Shown here in pieces: positions 12,055 to 24,115 of a DNA stretch of 64,000 nucleotides. A model generated the notes under the pieces. The model was not told the origin of the DNA. It did not search any database and worked only from the letters and a program-made list of their open reading frames with translations. The position numbers and the translations under genes were made by a program. Source of the stretch: Macrostomum hystrix (taxonomy: Eukaryota; Animalia; Platyhelminthes); assembly GCA_950097015.1 (NCBI GenBank), contig CATNEN010000001.1, positions 15,748,001 through 15,812,000 on the forward strand. The letters are read 5' to 3'. Numbering within the stretch: the stretch's first letter is position 1; each line of letters begins with the position of its first letter.

Positions 12055-12689
12055 TCACAATCACACATTTTATACTCGTATGTGTACCTAGTGTCTCAAA
12101 TGAACTTTTATTTAGGATTTAACTCTAACTTTGACTCTAACCTTCTTTTATTTCCATAGACAACCTTAGTTTATTCTACCAAGCAATATACTTTTAATGT
12201 GCATATCTTTTTCTGTATCTGTATATTTTCATTATACTGTATATTTTCCCAGGTCATTGCGCAATTCCTTGCTTTCGCGTAGTATCTTGCAGCTTGACGC
12301 ACGCATAAGGTACTGTATGTTTAATTGCTCTTTATTATCCCTGTACTTCGGTGAGAGGCAAATATAAAGGCGAGGTTGTAATTCCAGTGAGCCTGTCGGC
12401 AGTTTTGCATTTAATTTTGCTTTTGATTTGAGGTAACCAGTGCTGTGCGGGTATTAAAATTTACAAAACGCACAAAATATAACTGGCAATCTGACAATCG
12501 CATAATTAATAACAAAAGGATGTGCAGACTCAAAAATGCGCCTGGATTTTGAGTTCCTTTTCTGGAGACTCCTATGTCGCCGTGAACCGGCTGAGAGGTT
12601 TTCGGCCACTGATTGGCGTCTAACTTAGAGTATTCGCTCCTATAGAAACTCTAAGAGATTAGGGTTTCATTTTTGCAAATGTTCCTATA

Positions 12690-13085
12690 TGTACCATGCT
12701 ATTCCTTATAGCATGGCGCTGTTAATTTAAAACAGCATGACACTGTCAAAAGAAACAGGATGGCGCACTTTATCAGAAACAGCTCGGCGGCTTATGTTTC
12801 TACATGTACCATGCTATTCCTTATAGCATGGCGCTTGTAATTAAAACAGCATGGCGTTGTTAATCAGAAACAGCATGGCACTGTTCATTAGAAACAGCAT
12901 GGCGCACATTATTAGAAACAGCATGGCGCACTTTTAGAAACAGCATGGCGCATTGTAAAAAACAGCATGGCGCATTGTAAGAAACAGCATGGCGCATTGT
13001 AAGAAACAGCATGGCGTATTGTAAGAAACAGCATGGCAGAGAATGTTCCTATAACTACTAAGCTATTCTATATAGCATGGCGCCT
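12690..13085. repeat. Imperfect ~22-bp minisatellite (AGAAACAGCATGGCGCATTGTA)
   Basis: Direct inspection. Confidence 0.85.
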
Positions 13086-13321
13086 GGCTATGTACAACAT
13101 TTACCCGCCAGTGGGGACCGCCAGTGTGGCCAAGTGTTTATGGACGTTTTTTTAATTTTGTGTAAGCTTGTGTATTTCATAAAATAACCAATGAATATCA
13201 TCACGAAGGCTAGTGGTACGTTACGTACGCAAGATGTCTATGGCAATTGCAGCCCTTGCGAAAGGTTCAATAAGGAAACTCTTAATTCGTCTTTCCATTT
13301 CAGCTTCCTAGAAATTCAAAA

Positions 13322-15251
13322 ATGAAGATCGAAGATGTATTAATGCATGGCCCAGGACAAATGGCCTTAATAGGTCCGGCAGAAGGTCCGGCCCATTTTG
13401 TTTGCCCAGTTGGCAAATTTGCCATCTGGGTAAATATGCTAATGAAACCCGCACAGGTGCGGGATAGATTGTGCCCGTGCCTTCTGGGTGCGGGTCCCGC
13501 GAGGAGGCACGCCCCGCAGACGTACCAATATTCTGGCGGGAACGCCGTAAGTACTTATCCTATGTTATTATTTTCCTTCCCTGCCACTTGCTCTCGCTCT
13601 CTCGCTCTCTCGCTTTCGCTCTCGCTTTCGCTCTCGCTTTCGCTCTCGCTTTCGCTCTCACTTTCGCTCTCGCTTTCGCTCTCGCTTTCGCTCTCACTTT
13701 CGCTCTCGCTCTCTCGCTCTCGCTCTCTCGCTCTCTGTCGCTCTCGCTCTCGCTCTCTTGCTGACCTGAGAGCTGTATCCCACCCATTCCATTTTAATCC
13801 AGAGGATGTACTGGCGCGTGGGTGCCCGCTGCGCACTTTGGACCCACGGCGTGCAAATCAAGGGTAGCGACCTGCGCACTCTGCCGGCCATTCTGCAGGG
13901 GTCGGTCGCCCCGCAGCAGCAGCAGCCGGTCGTGCTTGAGGCGCAGCAGGCAAACCAGCAGCCAGTCGAGGCGCAGCGGCTTCAGGCGGCAACGGCCGTC
14001 GACCGCCTAGATCAAGCGCAGCTACGTATGGTGCTGCGGCTTTTAATAGAAGACCCACCAGTTGGTAAGTGTGCTGAGAGCTTAAATGCTGAGAGCTTAA
14101 ATTCTGAGAGCTTAAATGCTGAGAGCTTAAATGCTGAGAGCTTAAATGCTGAGAGCTTAAATGCTGAGAGCTTAAATGCTGAGAGCTTAAATGCTGAGAG
14201 CTTAAATTCTGAGAGCTTAAATGCTGAGAGCTTAAATGCTGAGAGCTTAAATGCTGAGAGCTTAAATGCTGAGAGCTTAAATGCTGAGAGCTTAAATGCT
14301 GAGAGCTTAAATGCTGAGAGCTTAAATGCTGAGAGCTTAAATGCTGAGAGCTTAAATGCTGAGAGCTTAAATGCTGAGAGCTTAAATGCTGAGAGCTTAA
14401 ATGCTGAGAGCTTAAATGCTGAGAGCTTAAATGCTGACAGCTTAAATGCAACTGACACATCTCCATAGACCAGACTCACCTAGGCCCCTGAGCGCGATGA
14501 GAGACGAATGTACTCCGCTTAATCTATGATAGTACAAGCTAGTACAGGCACTGTGCGAGGCCCATGCGCAGGTGCAAGTTCCATTGTCTATGGAACATCT
14601 TGTCTATACTCCACAAATGCACATTAGCGCTAATGACCAAATCGTATGACCAGACTCATCTAGGCTCTTGAGCGTGATGAGAGACGAATGTACTCCGCTC
14701 AACGCAGTTGTGACAAAAGTGATATAAGAAACTAAAATTTGTACAAATATTTTCCATTTCCAAGTAATTGTCAATTAGCACTCTTTACTAAATAAAATAA
14801 AATTCCACTTTCCTCGGAATCACGATGCCATCCCCCCACCGAATGCGGGGGGTCCCCGTACTATGACATTCTAAATTTATGAACATTAGCCCATTCATAT
14901 TTTTTAGCACAAGCACTGGTGAACGCAGTCGCGGCTGTCGACGCCGCGGCCGCCGGCGCCGGAGCAGCCGCACCAGCAGCAGCAGCAGCAACAACAACAG
15001 CACCAGCAACAGCAGCAGCAGAGGAGGAAGAGCCGCCATCGCCAGTCCTCCGGAGGCAACGGCGGTCAGCCGCCGTCGCTGCTACCGCGGGGCCACCGCC
15101 GCCGCCGCATCCGCCGACACCCCCGCCGCCGCCGCATCCGCCGACACCCCCGCCGCCGCCGCCGCCGACACAGCCGCCGCCCCAACCGTTGACACCGCCG
15201 CCGCCGCATCCTTGTCTTGCTTCGCTTGTATTCTTCCAATTGATCATGTAG
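13322..15251 (+). CDS. Orphan spliced gene with Gln/Ala/Pro-rich C-terminus (exons 13322-13546 [possible intron 13337-13456], 13803-14064, 14908-15251)
   Basis: GCC|GTAAGT to ccag|AGG ATG (phase 0) and GTT G|GTAAGT to tttag|CA CAA (phase 1) join GC-rich exons into one open frame. No recognisable domain. Confidence 0.55.
13590..13758. repeat. (CTCTCG/CTTTCG)n microsatellite, intronic
   Basis: Direct inspection. Confidence 0.95.
14071..14449. repeat. 15-bp minisatellite (GCTGAGAGCTTAAAT)n, intronic
   Basis: About 25 near-perfect copies starting right after the splice donor. Confidence 0.97.
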
Positions 15252-15684
15252 TGGTTATATTAAGGTCTTAATTTTCAGTAGTTACAGGAACCAATAAGTA
15301 AAGTTCAAGCGAAGTAGGACAATGACCATTGTTTCAATGAAGATGTAAATGTGTACTGAAAAATATTCAGTTTTAGTTTGTTGAAACAGTAAAAATTTTG
15401 TGCACTGCGCATAAGTGTACAAAGAGAAGTTTTGTGATTTTTGTGCAGAAATAAGTAAAAAGTAAAATTATTAAAAAAAGAATGTTTCTGTCGAATTAAA
15501 TGTTTCTATTTAATTACTAGGAAATACACTATACTGGATATATCACTGGATTCGTCTTTTAATTTTGCATCGAATGATTTCAGTTACAGCTCTCAAAGTT
15601 TCTTCGGAGCAAAGATATTTGCATTTAAATGAGTATTTTAAACCACGTACATTTTTTCTTTTGATTTCTAGCTTCATTCAGGCC

Positions 15685-15756
15685 GGAGGCCCCTAATGGT
15701 CATGGATAAGAGACTTTCTGCGCAATCGAGCGGACTAGGTTCGAATCCCAGAAGCC
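15685..15756 (+). other. Degenerate tRNA-like / SINE head
   Basis: B-box GGTTCGAATCCC at ~15738 with an upstream A-box-like sequence; stems are poorly paired. Confidence 0.35.
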
Positions 15757-16489
15757 AATAATTTTTTTAAATCAAGAGGCTTTTATCTATCACTGAAGTA
15801 TCCTGCTTTTAATAATTTAATTTTCGCACATTTGCTAATATATTTGAAAAGACTGGGGTGTACTACACATTCTAAATAAAATACGCGTACAAGTTTGCAT
15901 GTCAAATTTGCGCGCATACGGCTACTGTACATCTGATGCCAAAACTACACAATTTCAAGACGAGAATGTGAAGACTAATTATTCGTTTATTCTACTTAAT
16001 CATTGAGCTTCAATTTTTTTACTTTATTTCGACATTTAGTCTGTTTAGCTTTTGTTTTATTAAAGAGGTTAAAATGAACTTAAACTGCAGTTTAAGTTTA
16101 GTTTAAGTCATTTTAAGCTACTCGAACGCACCCTACATCTATACATGTAGTTTCCCCGATTAACACCATTGCGAGTATATGTAGTTTCCCCCTTTACGGA
16201 GAGTGTAACACGGGTGGACGGGTCGGTGAAGGCAGACGTGAGACTTAAAGAAAGTGACCCTCAAGAAAAAAAGATAAAAAATATTTCTTATTGCGGTTCT
16301 TACACGCTGTTAAACTAACAATTTATTATGTCGTCGCTGGTGTTTTACTGTGAAGAATGGTTTATTGATCAATACACTTATTACACTTATAATACACTTT
16401 GTTCACCTGTATTTTTCATAGAAATCACATTCACGTGGGACATTGGTTGTACGTAAAACGTCTAAAACTGTCAAATTTATAATAAGGAC

Positions 16490-19400
16490 ATGGTCATGGA
16501 AAAAGTTGTTTCTAAATCTGAGATATTCCGTCTCGTTTCTCAGTGCATGATCAAAGCTGGCACAAACTCTAATCATGCCAACAAACTAGCTGTTTTACTT
16601 CATTCTGCCGATTATAGAGGACATTACAGCCACGGACTCAATCGACTTGGTTTGTAGTCTACCACACATAAAAACTGACTTTTGACATTTTAATCAAACT
16701 GGATTAAAATCGTGAATATGATCATTTACCATTTCCAACTTTGTGTGAACACAACACAAAAGCAAAACTATGTCATTTAAATCTTAGGAACAAAATGCAT
16801 TAAAAATCGAATTAGTAAAATTAGTTTTTCAGTTAGTTTTGAGTCTAGTAATAGTTTTTTTTAGTATAGTTGATGCTAAACAATGGCAATCAAATTTTGT
16901 TTCAACAAACTTTTAGCTTTAAATGTCTGGCTTAAATAAGCTTGTATAGTCAAAGGCTTAGTCCCCGCTTAGATTCCATGCATTTTGGTACTAGTCAGTG
17001 CATTTTGGTATAGCTCCTGTGATAGGGAGTGTTTTTGGGGATCCTAGACATTTTGTCATCTTACAACTTTGTCATCCACTTGGAAGGTAGGACACTTCGT
17101 CATCCAGCGAATGGGATACTTTAAAGTTTGGTCAGTTTGTCATCTACTAATAATAAGCAATCAAGTTCATCATCAATATAGTGGGGGTAGGGTGGTGGGG
17201 CAGAGGTGTGAACCTAAATTGTCAAAAAGAGGTGTCAAAACTGATTTTATTATAAGAGTTGAAAGATAGGTGCCAACACAATATGAGGAGGGGTGGGGAG
17301 CATACATGCGCAACCTTCCAAATCTTAGCTGGCTGTGCGACTTAGTTTTTGTTCTATTTATGACTTAGTTTGCTCTCATTTGCGACTTAGTTCGTTTCAT
17401 TGCTCTATTTACAACTTAGTTTGCTCTCATTTGCTCTCATTTGCTCTCCCCCTTTTCCTTTTCTTCATGCCTTCCTTTTTTGTCCCTTGGTCCCCCCTTT
17501 GATTTTTTGCGCTTGGTTGATTGGTTTTTGCAACTTACCTTGCTTGGCCCTTGTTTCACCCGACCGGTTCGGCCGGGTTGGCCGGGTGTTGCGCATGTAT
17601 GGTGGGGAGGGTGGTTCTGTTCTAACTTTGAGAACTTTTGTTTTATAGATGACAAAGTGTCCACAAGTCTAAGTCTCTTTGTCATCCACAAAGATGACGA
17701 AGTGTCCAGGTACCGTGTTTTTGGTACCCAATCCAATTTTTTCCCAGTTTAATATTTTTCTATCTTTTGTTTACTCAACATATGTAAGCATAATTTTAAA
17801 CAAAGTTTTCTAGGAGACTGTTGACACCAAAGTTACAATAAATGTGATTACAATTGTCTTTAAACTGTTGTTTTTAATTCCAAACATTTACATTTGTTGT
17901 ATTTATTTCAATAGTTTTTTTATTTAAAATGACATTTTTATGTATGATTTCGTAAACAGTACTATCAAGTTAGGTGTCCAAAATTATTTGTTAAAATCAG
18001 AAAATGTCTATTTTAAATTATGTTGACCATATAGTACAAAACACACCAAAAAAGCATTGACTAGTACTAAAATGCCTAATACCAAAATACATGGCACCAA
18101 AAGGCTTTAAAGCCTAAGATAGCCACCTAGCACCTGTGGCAATTTTTCTATTTGTTTTGATTAGCTGTTGTGGCTTCATAAATTCACATTGATTCAGGTA
18201 GGAGTAAAAAAATTTTGAGACAAGTTATTTAGAGCTAAAATAAGCTAGATAATAAATCGATTATTCTGTTTTCATTAAAATAAAAAAGACAAAGGTAAAA
18301 TTAAAGTATCTGGATGATATAACAAAAGCAGCAGATAACTTGCCTTAAAACCATTTCATTTCTCATTGACATTGACATTTCATGTGGCCCTAAGAAGGGC
18401 CGTTTTGGTAACATTGATGTAACAATATCTAAACTAGCAATCTCTTACTTCACTCCTCTAGTCTGCCTAGATGAAACGGGTGGTAAACTTGCTCTGGGCA
18501 TTAATTGACAACCCATTAGATGCCAAAATTTTATATATGTTAAATATTATGTATGTTGATGGATGACTTTTGAACTTCTTATTTATTTTATTAATACTTG
18601 TATTTTCTTGTATGATATACAGAAAGACAAGCTTCAAACAAACCATGTTAACTATTTTTACATTGCACTGACCGCTTTGTTATTTTCCTCCACTTTTTAA
18701 CAGATATGTATGTCAAAGATGTGGAGACACAGGTCACTGCTACTACTGGCGAGCCTCAGATAGTGAAGCAAGGCCCAGCAACTGCGCTAGTTGATGGGCA
18801 GAATCTTCTAGGTCCAGTTGTGGGGCAATTTTCTATGCAGTTAGCCATTGATAAGGCTAAACAGGCTGGTATTGGCTGGGTTGTGGCCAATAATTCAAAT
18901 CACTTTGGCATTGCGGGTGAGTTACTGTTTTTGAAACTGCAGTGTAATTTAGTTTTTTAATTCCAGGAAAGATAAAGAAAAGTGGAAAGAAGAACCGTTG
19001 AGGAGGAGCAGGGTTGTTTCTTTTATTGTTAAGCTCCTCCCATAGGTTCAGTGTTAAGTTATAAAGCACGTGATGGAATCACTTGGAATCTAAAAATAGC
19101 AACTGACGTCAGTAGCGCGCAAAACGTCACTTCTTTGGCAGGTTCTGACTCATAACTGACAGCCAGTAAATCACTATTAGGACCCTGAGCAGTGGCTCAC
19201 TACACAGCACTACTGGCACTAGTAGTATTTGAAGGCCGCTTTTACTTGTTTTATTCTCAACCCGCCCCCCTACAAGGCTGGTACGCTATGGAGGCAAGCC
19301 GTCAAGGCCTTCTAGGCATGGCATTCACAAATGCATCGCCACTGCTAGTGCCAACCAGAGCTACAGAGCCAGCTCTGGGCACTAATCCCATCAGCTTAGC

Positions 19401-22400
19401 CGCGCCCAGTTCCAACTCTGAGGATCCGTTTGTGCTAGATATGGCCACATCGGCTGTGGCACTCGGCAAAGTGGAGATTCAGCACAGGCGAGCCCAGCCT
19501 TTGCCGATGGGGTGGGCTCTAGATGCCGATGGCAAGTCCACCGCTGACGCTACCGTGGGCATGCAGGGCCGGCTGTTTCCGCTGGGCGGACCTGAGGAGT
19601 CAAGTAAGTTCTTTTACTAAAATGTCACGAAAACGGTCCTTATAGGGCAAAAAATGTGCGAAGAAAAAAATTACGTTTTCAACATTTATATAGTTTCTAT
19701 AATACGAACAAGATATGCGTGTGAAAATATAATCTTATTGAAATTTTGTATAAACTATCACTAAAGTTTGCTAGCTTGATCTCAACTTTTTTATCTACAC
19801 TCCATTTTTCTTTTGTGCTTGTCATTCAGCTCTTTTGTTGGTCTATCCCCTGATCCTTCAGTTCCTCATGCAGTCTATCCACTGATCCTTCAGTTCCTCA
19901 TGCAGTCTATCCCCTGATCCTTCAGTTCCTCATGCAGTCTATCCACTGATCCTTCAGTTCCCCAGCCAATCTATCCCCTGATCCTTCAGTTCCTCAGCCA
20001 ATCTATCCCCTGATCCTTCAGTTCCCCAGCCAATCTATCCCCTGATCCTTCAGTTCCTCAGCCAATCTAGCCCCTGATCCTTCAGTTCCTCAGCCAATCT
20101 ATAACCTGATCCTTCAGTTCCCCAGCCAATCTATCCCCTGATCCTTCAGTTCCTCAGCCAATCTAGCCCCTGATCCTTCAGTTCCTCAGGCAGTCCATCC
20201 CCTGATCCTTCAGTTCCTCAGGCAGTCCATCCCCTGATCCTTCAGTTCCTCAGGCAGTCCATCCCCTGATCCTTCAGTTCCCATGCAGTCTATCCCCTGA
20301 TCCTTCAGTTCCTCAGCCAATCTATCCCCTGATCCTTCAGTTCCTCAGGCAGTCTATCCCCTGATCCTTCAGTTCCTCAGCCAATCTAGCCCCTGATCCT
20401 TCAGTTCCTCAGCCAATCTATCCCCTGATCCTTCAGTTCCTCAGCCAATCTAGCCCCTGATCCTTCAGTTCCTCAGCCAATCTAGCCCCTGATCCTTCAG
20501 TTCCTCAGCCAATCTAGCCCCTGATCCTTCAGTTCCTCAGCCAATCTATCCCCTGATCCTTCAGTTCCTCAGCCAATCTATCCCCTGATCCTTCAGTTCC
20601 TCAGCCAATCTAGCCCCTGATCCTTCAGTTCCTCAGCCAATCTAGCCCCTGATCCTTCAGTTCCTCAGCCAATCTAGCCCCTGATCCTTCAGTTCCTCAG
20701 CCAATCTATCCCCTGATCCTTCAGTTCCCCAGCCAATCTATCCCCTGATCCTTCAGTTCCTCAGCCAATCTATCCCCTGATCCTTCAGTTCCCCAGCCAA
20801 TCTATCCCCTGATCCTTCAGTTCCTCAGCCAATCTATCCCCTGATCCTTCAGTTCCTCAGGCAGTCCATCCCCTGATCCTTCAGTTCCCATGCAGTCTAT
20901 CCCCTGATCCTTCAGTTCCTCAGGCAGTCTATCCCCTGATCCTTCAGTTCCTCAGGCAGTCTATCCCCTGATCCTTCAGTTCCTCAGGCAGTCTATCCCC
21001 TGATCCTTCAGTTCCTCAGGCAGTCTATCCCCTGATCCTTCAGTTCCTCAGGCAGTCTATCCCCTGATCCTTCAGTTCCTCAGGCAGTCTATCCCCTGAT
21101 CCTTCAGTTGAAGTGTCCAACAGTCTTCGTATTCTCATTAATTATTTCGCCTATTCATTCTACTGGACAATTTCCGTGTGACTGGGTCTGCTAGTCAGCC
21201 TTAAAATGATTCCATTTTCGTTCTTTTAAGTGCACCAATCAAATTGCTACTGGAGCAGAAAAAGTCTTCTGTGTCAAAAGTGATTTAATTTCCTTCTTGC
21301 TGATTCAGCTGTGAATAATTGAAACTTCTTTGACTATTATTATTTAATCGAATAGTGCTTCAAGCAGATTTTGACGACATTTAAAGTTATAGAATAAATA
21401 TGGTTACATGTTAATTACCTTAGTTTCTTAGAATGCACTGAATTCTTTTTTTAAGTATGTAACGAAAAAATTCAGCTTTTAGTAAAAAATCGTTTGCTAA
21501 GAAAGTTAACGATTTAATAAGTAACGCAACATAAGTAACTTAAAATGGTCTCTCAGGCGGCTACAAAGGCTATGGCCTGGCGTGCCTGGTTGAAATTTTC
21601 TGTGGCCTCCTAAGCGGCTCCACCTGGGGTCCGCAAATTCGCAAATGGAAAACTCATGAACGGAAAGCTAATTTGGTGAGTTGGCTTAGCGAAATTAATT
21701 TGTACTTTTAAAATAATAAAATTCAAAATTCTTTAACAGCGTGTCGATTAAAATTAGTGAAATTCGGCCAGCTAGTTTCATTTCAAGGAATTCCATTCGA
21801 ATATCTTTCCAGGGTCAGTGCTTCATCGCCATTAATCCAGCCATGTTTGCTGATGGCTTTCCGACTAGAATGCAACAATTTAATGAGCAATTTCGCTCCA
21901 TGAGACCAGTAAGTGTCCGCATGTGAGATTTTATCTTTTTAGCTGCGAAAATCGGTTAGATATGGCATCTAGCTGTTAGATATGGCATCTAGCTGTTAGA
22001 TATGGCATCTAGCTGTTAGATATGGCATCTAGCTGTTAGATATGGCATCTAGCTGTTAGATATGGCATCTAGCTGTTAGATATGGCATCTAGCTGTTAGA
22101 TATGGCATCTAGTGTTAGATATGGCATCTAGCTGTTAGATATAGCATTTACATGTTACATATGGCATCTATCTGTTAAATAAAGCATTTACCTGTTCGAT
22201 ATATTAGATAAATTTAAATTCCAATTTCCCTCAGTCGGATCCAAGCAAGCCGGTTTTAGTCGCCGGCGACCCAGAGAGGCGGCACATGAAGCTGTGCGAC
22301 CAACTCGGCGGCGTGCCTTATCACGATCGACAGCTGGTTCATCTGGTGAGCTTTCTGTTTCTGCTCTGTGGTCTTAACTTTTGCGACCTACACATCTGTT

Positions 22401-23179
22401 GGACAGGAGTGTCACCTGTTAGTCAGGAGTGTCACCTGTTAGTCAGGAGTGTCACCTGTTAGACAGGAGTGTCACCTGTTAGTCAGGAGTGCCAACTGTT
22501 AGATAGGAGTGCCAATTGTTAGACAAAAATGTCACCTGTTAGACAGGAGTGTCACCTGTTAGACAGGAGTGTCACCTGTTAGTCAGGAGTGTTACCTGTT
22601 AGACAGGAGTGTGTACCTGTTAGACAGGAGTGTCACCTGTTAGACAGGAGTATCACCTGTTAGACAGGAATGTGTACCTGTTAGTCATGAGTGTCAATTG
22701 TTAGACAGGAGTATCACCAGTTAGACAGGAGTGTGTACCTGTTAGACAGGAGGGTCACCTGTTAGGCAGGAGTGTGTACCTGTTAGACAGGAGTGTCACC
22801 TGTTAGTCGGGAGTGTCAACTGTTAGACAGGAGTGCTATCTGTTAGACAGGCGTACCTGTTAGACAGGTGTGTCACGTTTTAGACAGGAGTGTCATCGGT
22901 TAAACAAATGCATCACCTGTTAGTGGGGTGTCTCCTGACAGAATATTGATAGCGTAGGACAAACAGAAATTCTAATTAGTATGGGTTCCGGTACAAGTTG
23001 TATATCTAAACCATTTCGTAGTGCTTTGTGTGTTTTTGTAAAATTCTCTAAAAAATGTTGTTTATATTTTCTTATATCCCGAGTAATAGATAATCCTATT
23101 TTGTAATTCTCGTTGCCAAATTTCGTTTCAGAACAGCCTTGCCCTACAAATGAAAGTGGATCCGCTGAAGACGTTGTAG
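16490..23179 (+). CDS. Ldh_2 family (type-2 malate/L-lactate dehydrogenase-like, AllD/YbiC/ComC fold) oxidoreductase, ~357 aa; exons 16490-16649, 18704-18916, 19277-19603, 21557-21675, 21813-21908, 22235-22345, 23132-23179
   Basis: Motifs ADYRGHYSHGLNRL, VDGQNLLG, NSNHFGIAG, GTNPISLAAP, LDMATSAVALGK, GWALDADGK, GYKGYGLA, VLVAGDPE; all junctions GT-AG and in phase. Confidence 0.95.
17039..17714. mobile_element. MULE-type MITE with 9-10 bp TSD
   Basis: TIR GGATCCTAGACATTTTGTCATC / reverse complement GGTACCTGGACACTTCGTCATC; GTGTTTTTGG at 17029-17038 and 17715-17724. Confidence 0.8.
17301..17601. mobile_element. hAT-type MITE
   Basis: Perfect 14-bp TIR CATACATGCGCAAC and 8-bp TSD GTGGGGAG (17293-17300, 17602-17609). 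Confidence 0.9.
19843..21109. repeat. 32-bp minisatellite (TATCCCCTGATCCTTCAGTTCCTCAGCCAATC)n in Ldh_2 intron 3
   Basis: About 39 copies with two variant types. Confidence 0.97.
21954..22200. repeat. 20-bp minisatellite (GTTAGATATGGCATCTAGCT)n in Ldh_2 intron 5
   Basis: Direct inspection. Confidence 0.95.
22396..22925. repeat. 20/21-bp minisatellite (CCTGTTAGACAGGAGTGTCA)n in Ldh_2 intron 6
   Basis: Direct inspection. Confidence 0.95.
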
Positions 23180-23582
23180 TCACCAATCATGTCACGGTTT
23201 TAACCCTATCTGACCAGGTTTATTTAATAACTGAGCAACAAAGTTTTTTAGTGTTTCTTTAAGGTAATTTTTGCAGATTGATCCGGTGTTTGGCCATTAT
23301 TAGAATGAAAAATTATCGATTTTATCGATCGAATACAAATTTTAAATATTTTCATTGATTTTTTAATTCATACGAGTTAATTTAGTTTAGTTCTCGTACA
23401 TTGTGTTGTCCTTTTTTATTGTACACTTTCTATGAATTTATTTATTCAAGATATTATTTATTAAGATTAAACAAAGCTATCTTGCAGTATTGCGGAACAG
23501 TAATGCTTGAGAGAAACACTTACAAGTGGAATTGTGTTCTTTTTTATTAAATTTATCTAGAATTTTAGTTAGTTAGGCAATG

Positions 23583-24115
23583 GGTTCCCTGATTGGTCAG
23601 AAAAGGGAAAGAAAATTGCGGTTCTCTGATTGGTCACAAAAGTAAAGGAGATTGCGGTTCACTTATTGGTCAGAAAAGGGAAATGACATTGCGGTTCTCT
23701 GATTGGTCAGAAAAGGGAAATGAGATTGCGGTTCTCTGATTGGTCAGAAAAGGGAAAGGAGGCTGCTGTTCTCTGATTGGTCAGAAAAGGGAAAGGAGGC
23801 TGCTGTTCTCTGATTGGTCAGAAAAGGGAAATGAGATTGCGTTTCTCTGATTGGTCGGAAAAGGGAAAGGAGGCTGCTGTTCTCTGATTGGTCAGAAAAA
23901 GGAAACGGGATTGCGTTTCTCTGATTGGTCAGAAAAGGGAAAGCAGGCTGCTGTTCTCTGATTGGTCAGAAAAAGGAAAGGGGATTGCGTTTCTCTGATT
24001 GGTCAGAAAAGGGAAAGGAGGCTGCTGTTCTCTGATTGGTCAGAAAAAGGAAAGGGGATTGTGTTTCTCTGATTGGTCAGAAAAGGGAAAGAACAAAGAG
24101 ATTGCGATTCTCTGA
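23583..24115. repeat. 36-37 bp minisatellite, each unit with CTGATTGGTCAG (reverse CCAAT box)
   Basis: About 14 copies of CTCTGATTGGTCAGAAAAGGGAAA.. Confidence 0.95.

Larger units (their letters stand above)
8945..16133. mobile_element. Possible PIF/Harbinger-type composite element
   Basis: Left GGGTGCGTACGTGAGTAGCTTAAA vs right (reverse complement) GGGTGCGTTCGAGTAGCTTAAA; TAC directly flanks both ends (candidate 3-bp TSD). Confidence 0.45.
16972..18098. mobile_element. Outer MITE (TIR GRTKCCATGYATTTTGGTA) in Ldh_2 intron 1
   Basis: GATTCCATGCATTTTGGTACTAGTCAGTGC vs right end (reverse complement) GGTGCCATGTATTTTGGTA...GTACTAGTCAATGC; TSD unclear. Confidence 0.6.

Noticed and set aside
21954-22140. 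ATATGGCATCTA shared between this 20-mer and the 189-bp MULE repeat
   Set aside because: Only 12 bp; insufficient to claim derivation.
19843-24115. 32-bp and 37-bp repeats as CRISPR arrays
   Set aside because: Head-to-tail with no unique spacers, eukaryotic context, and no cas genes.
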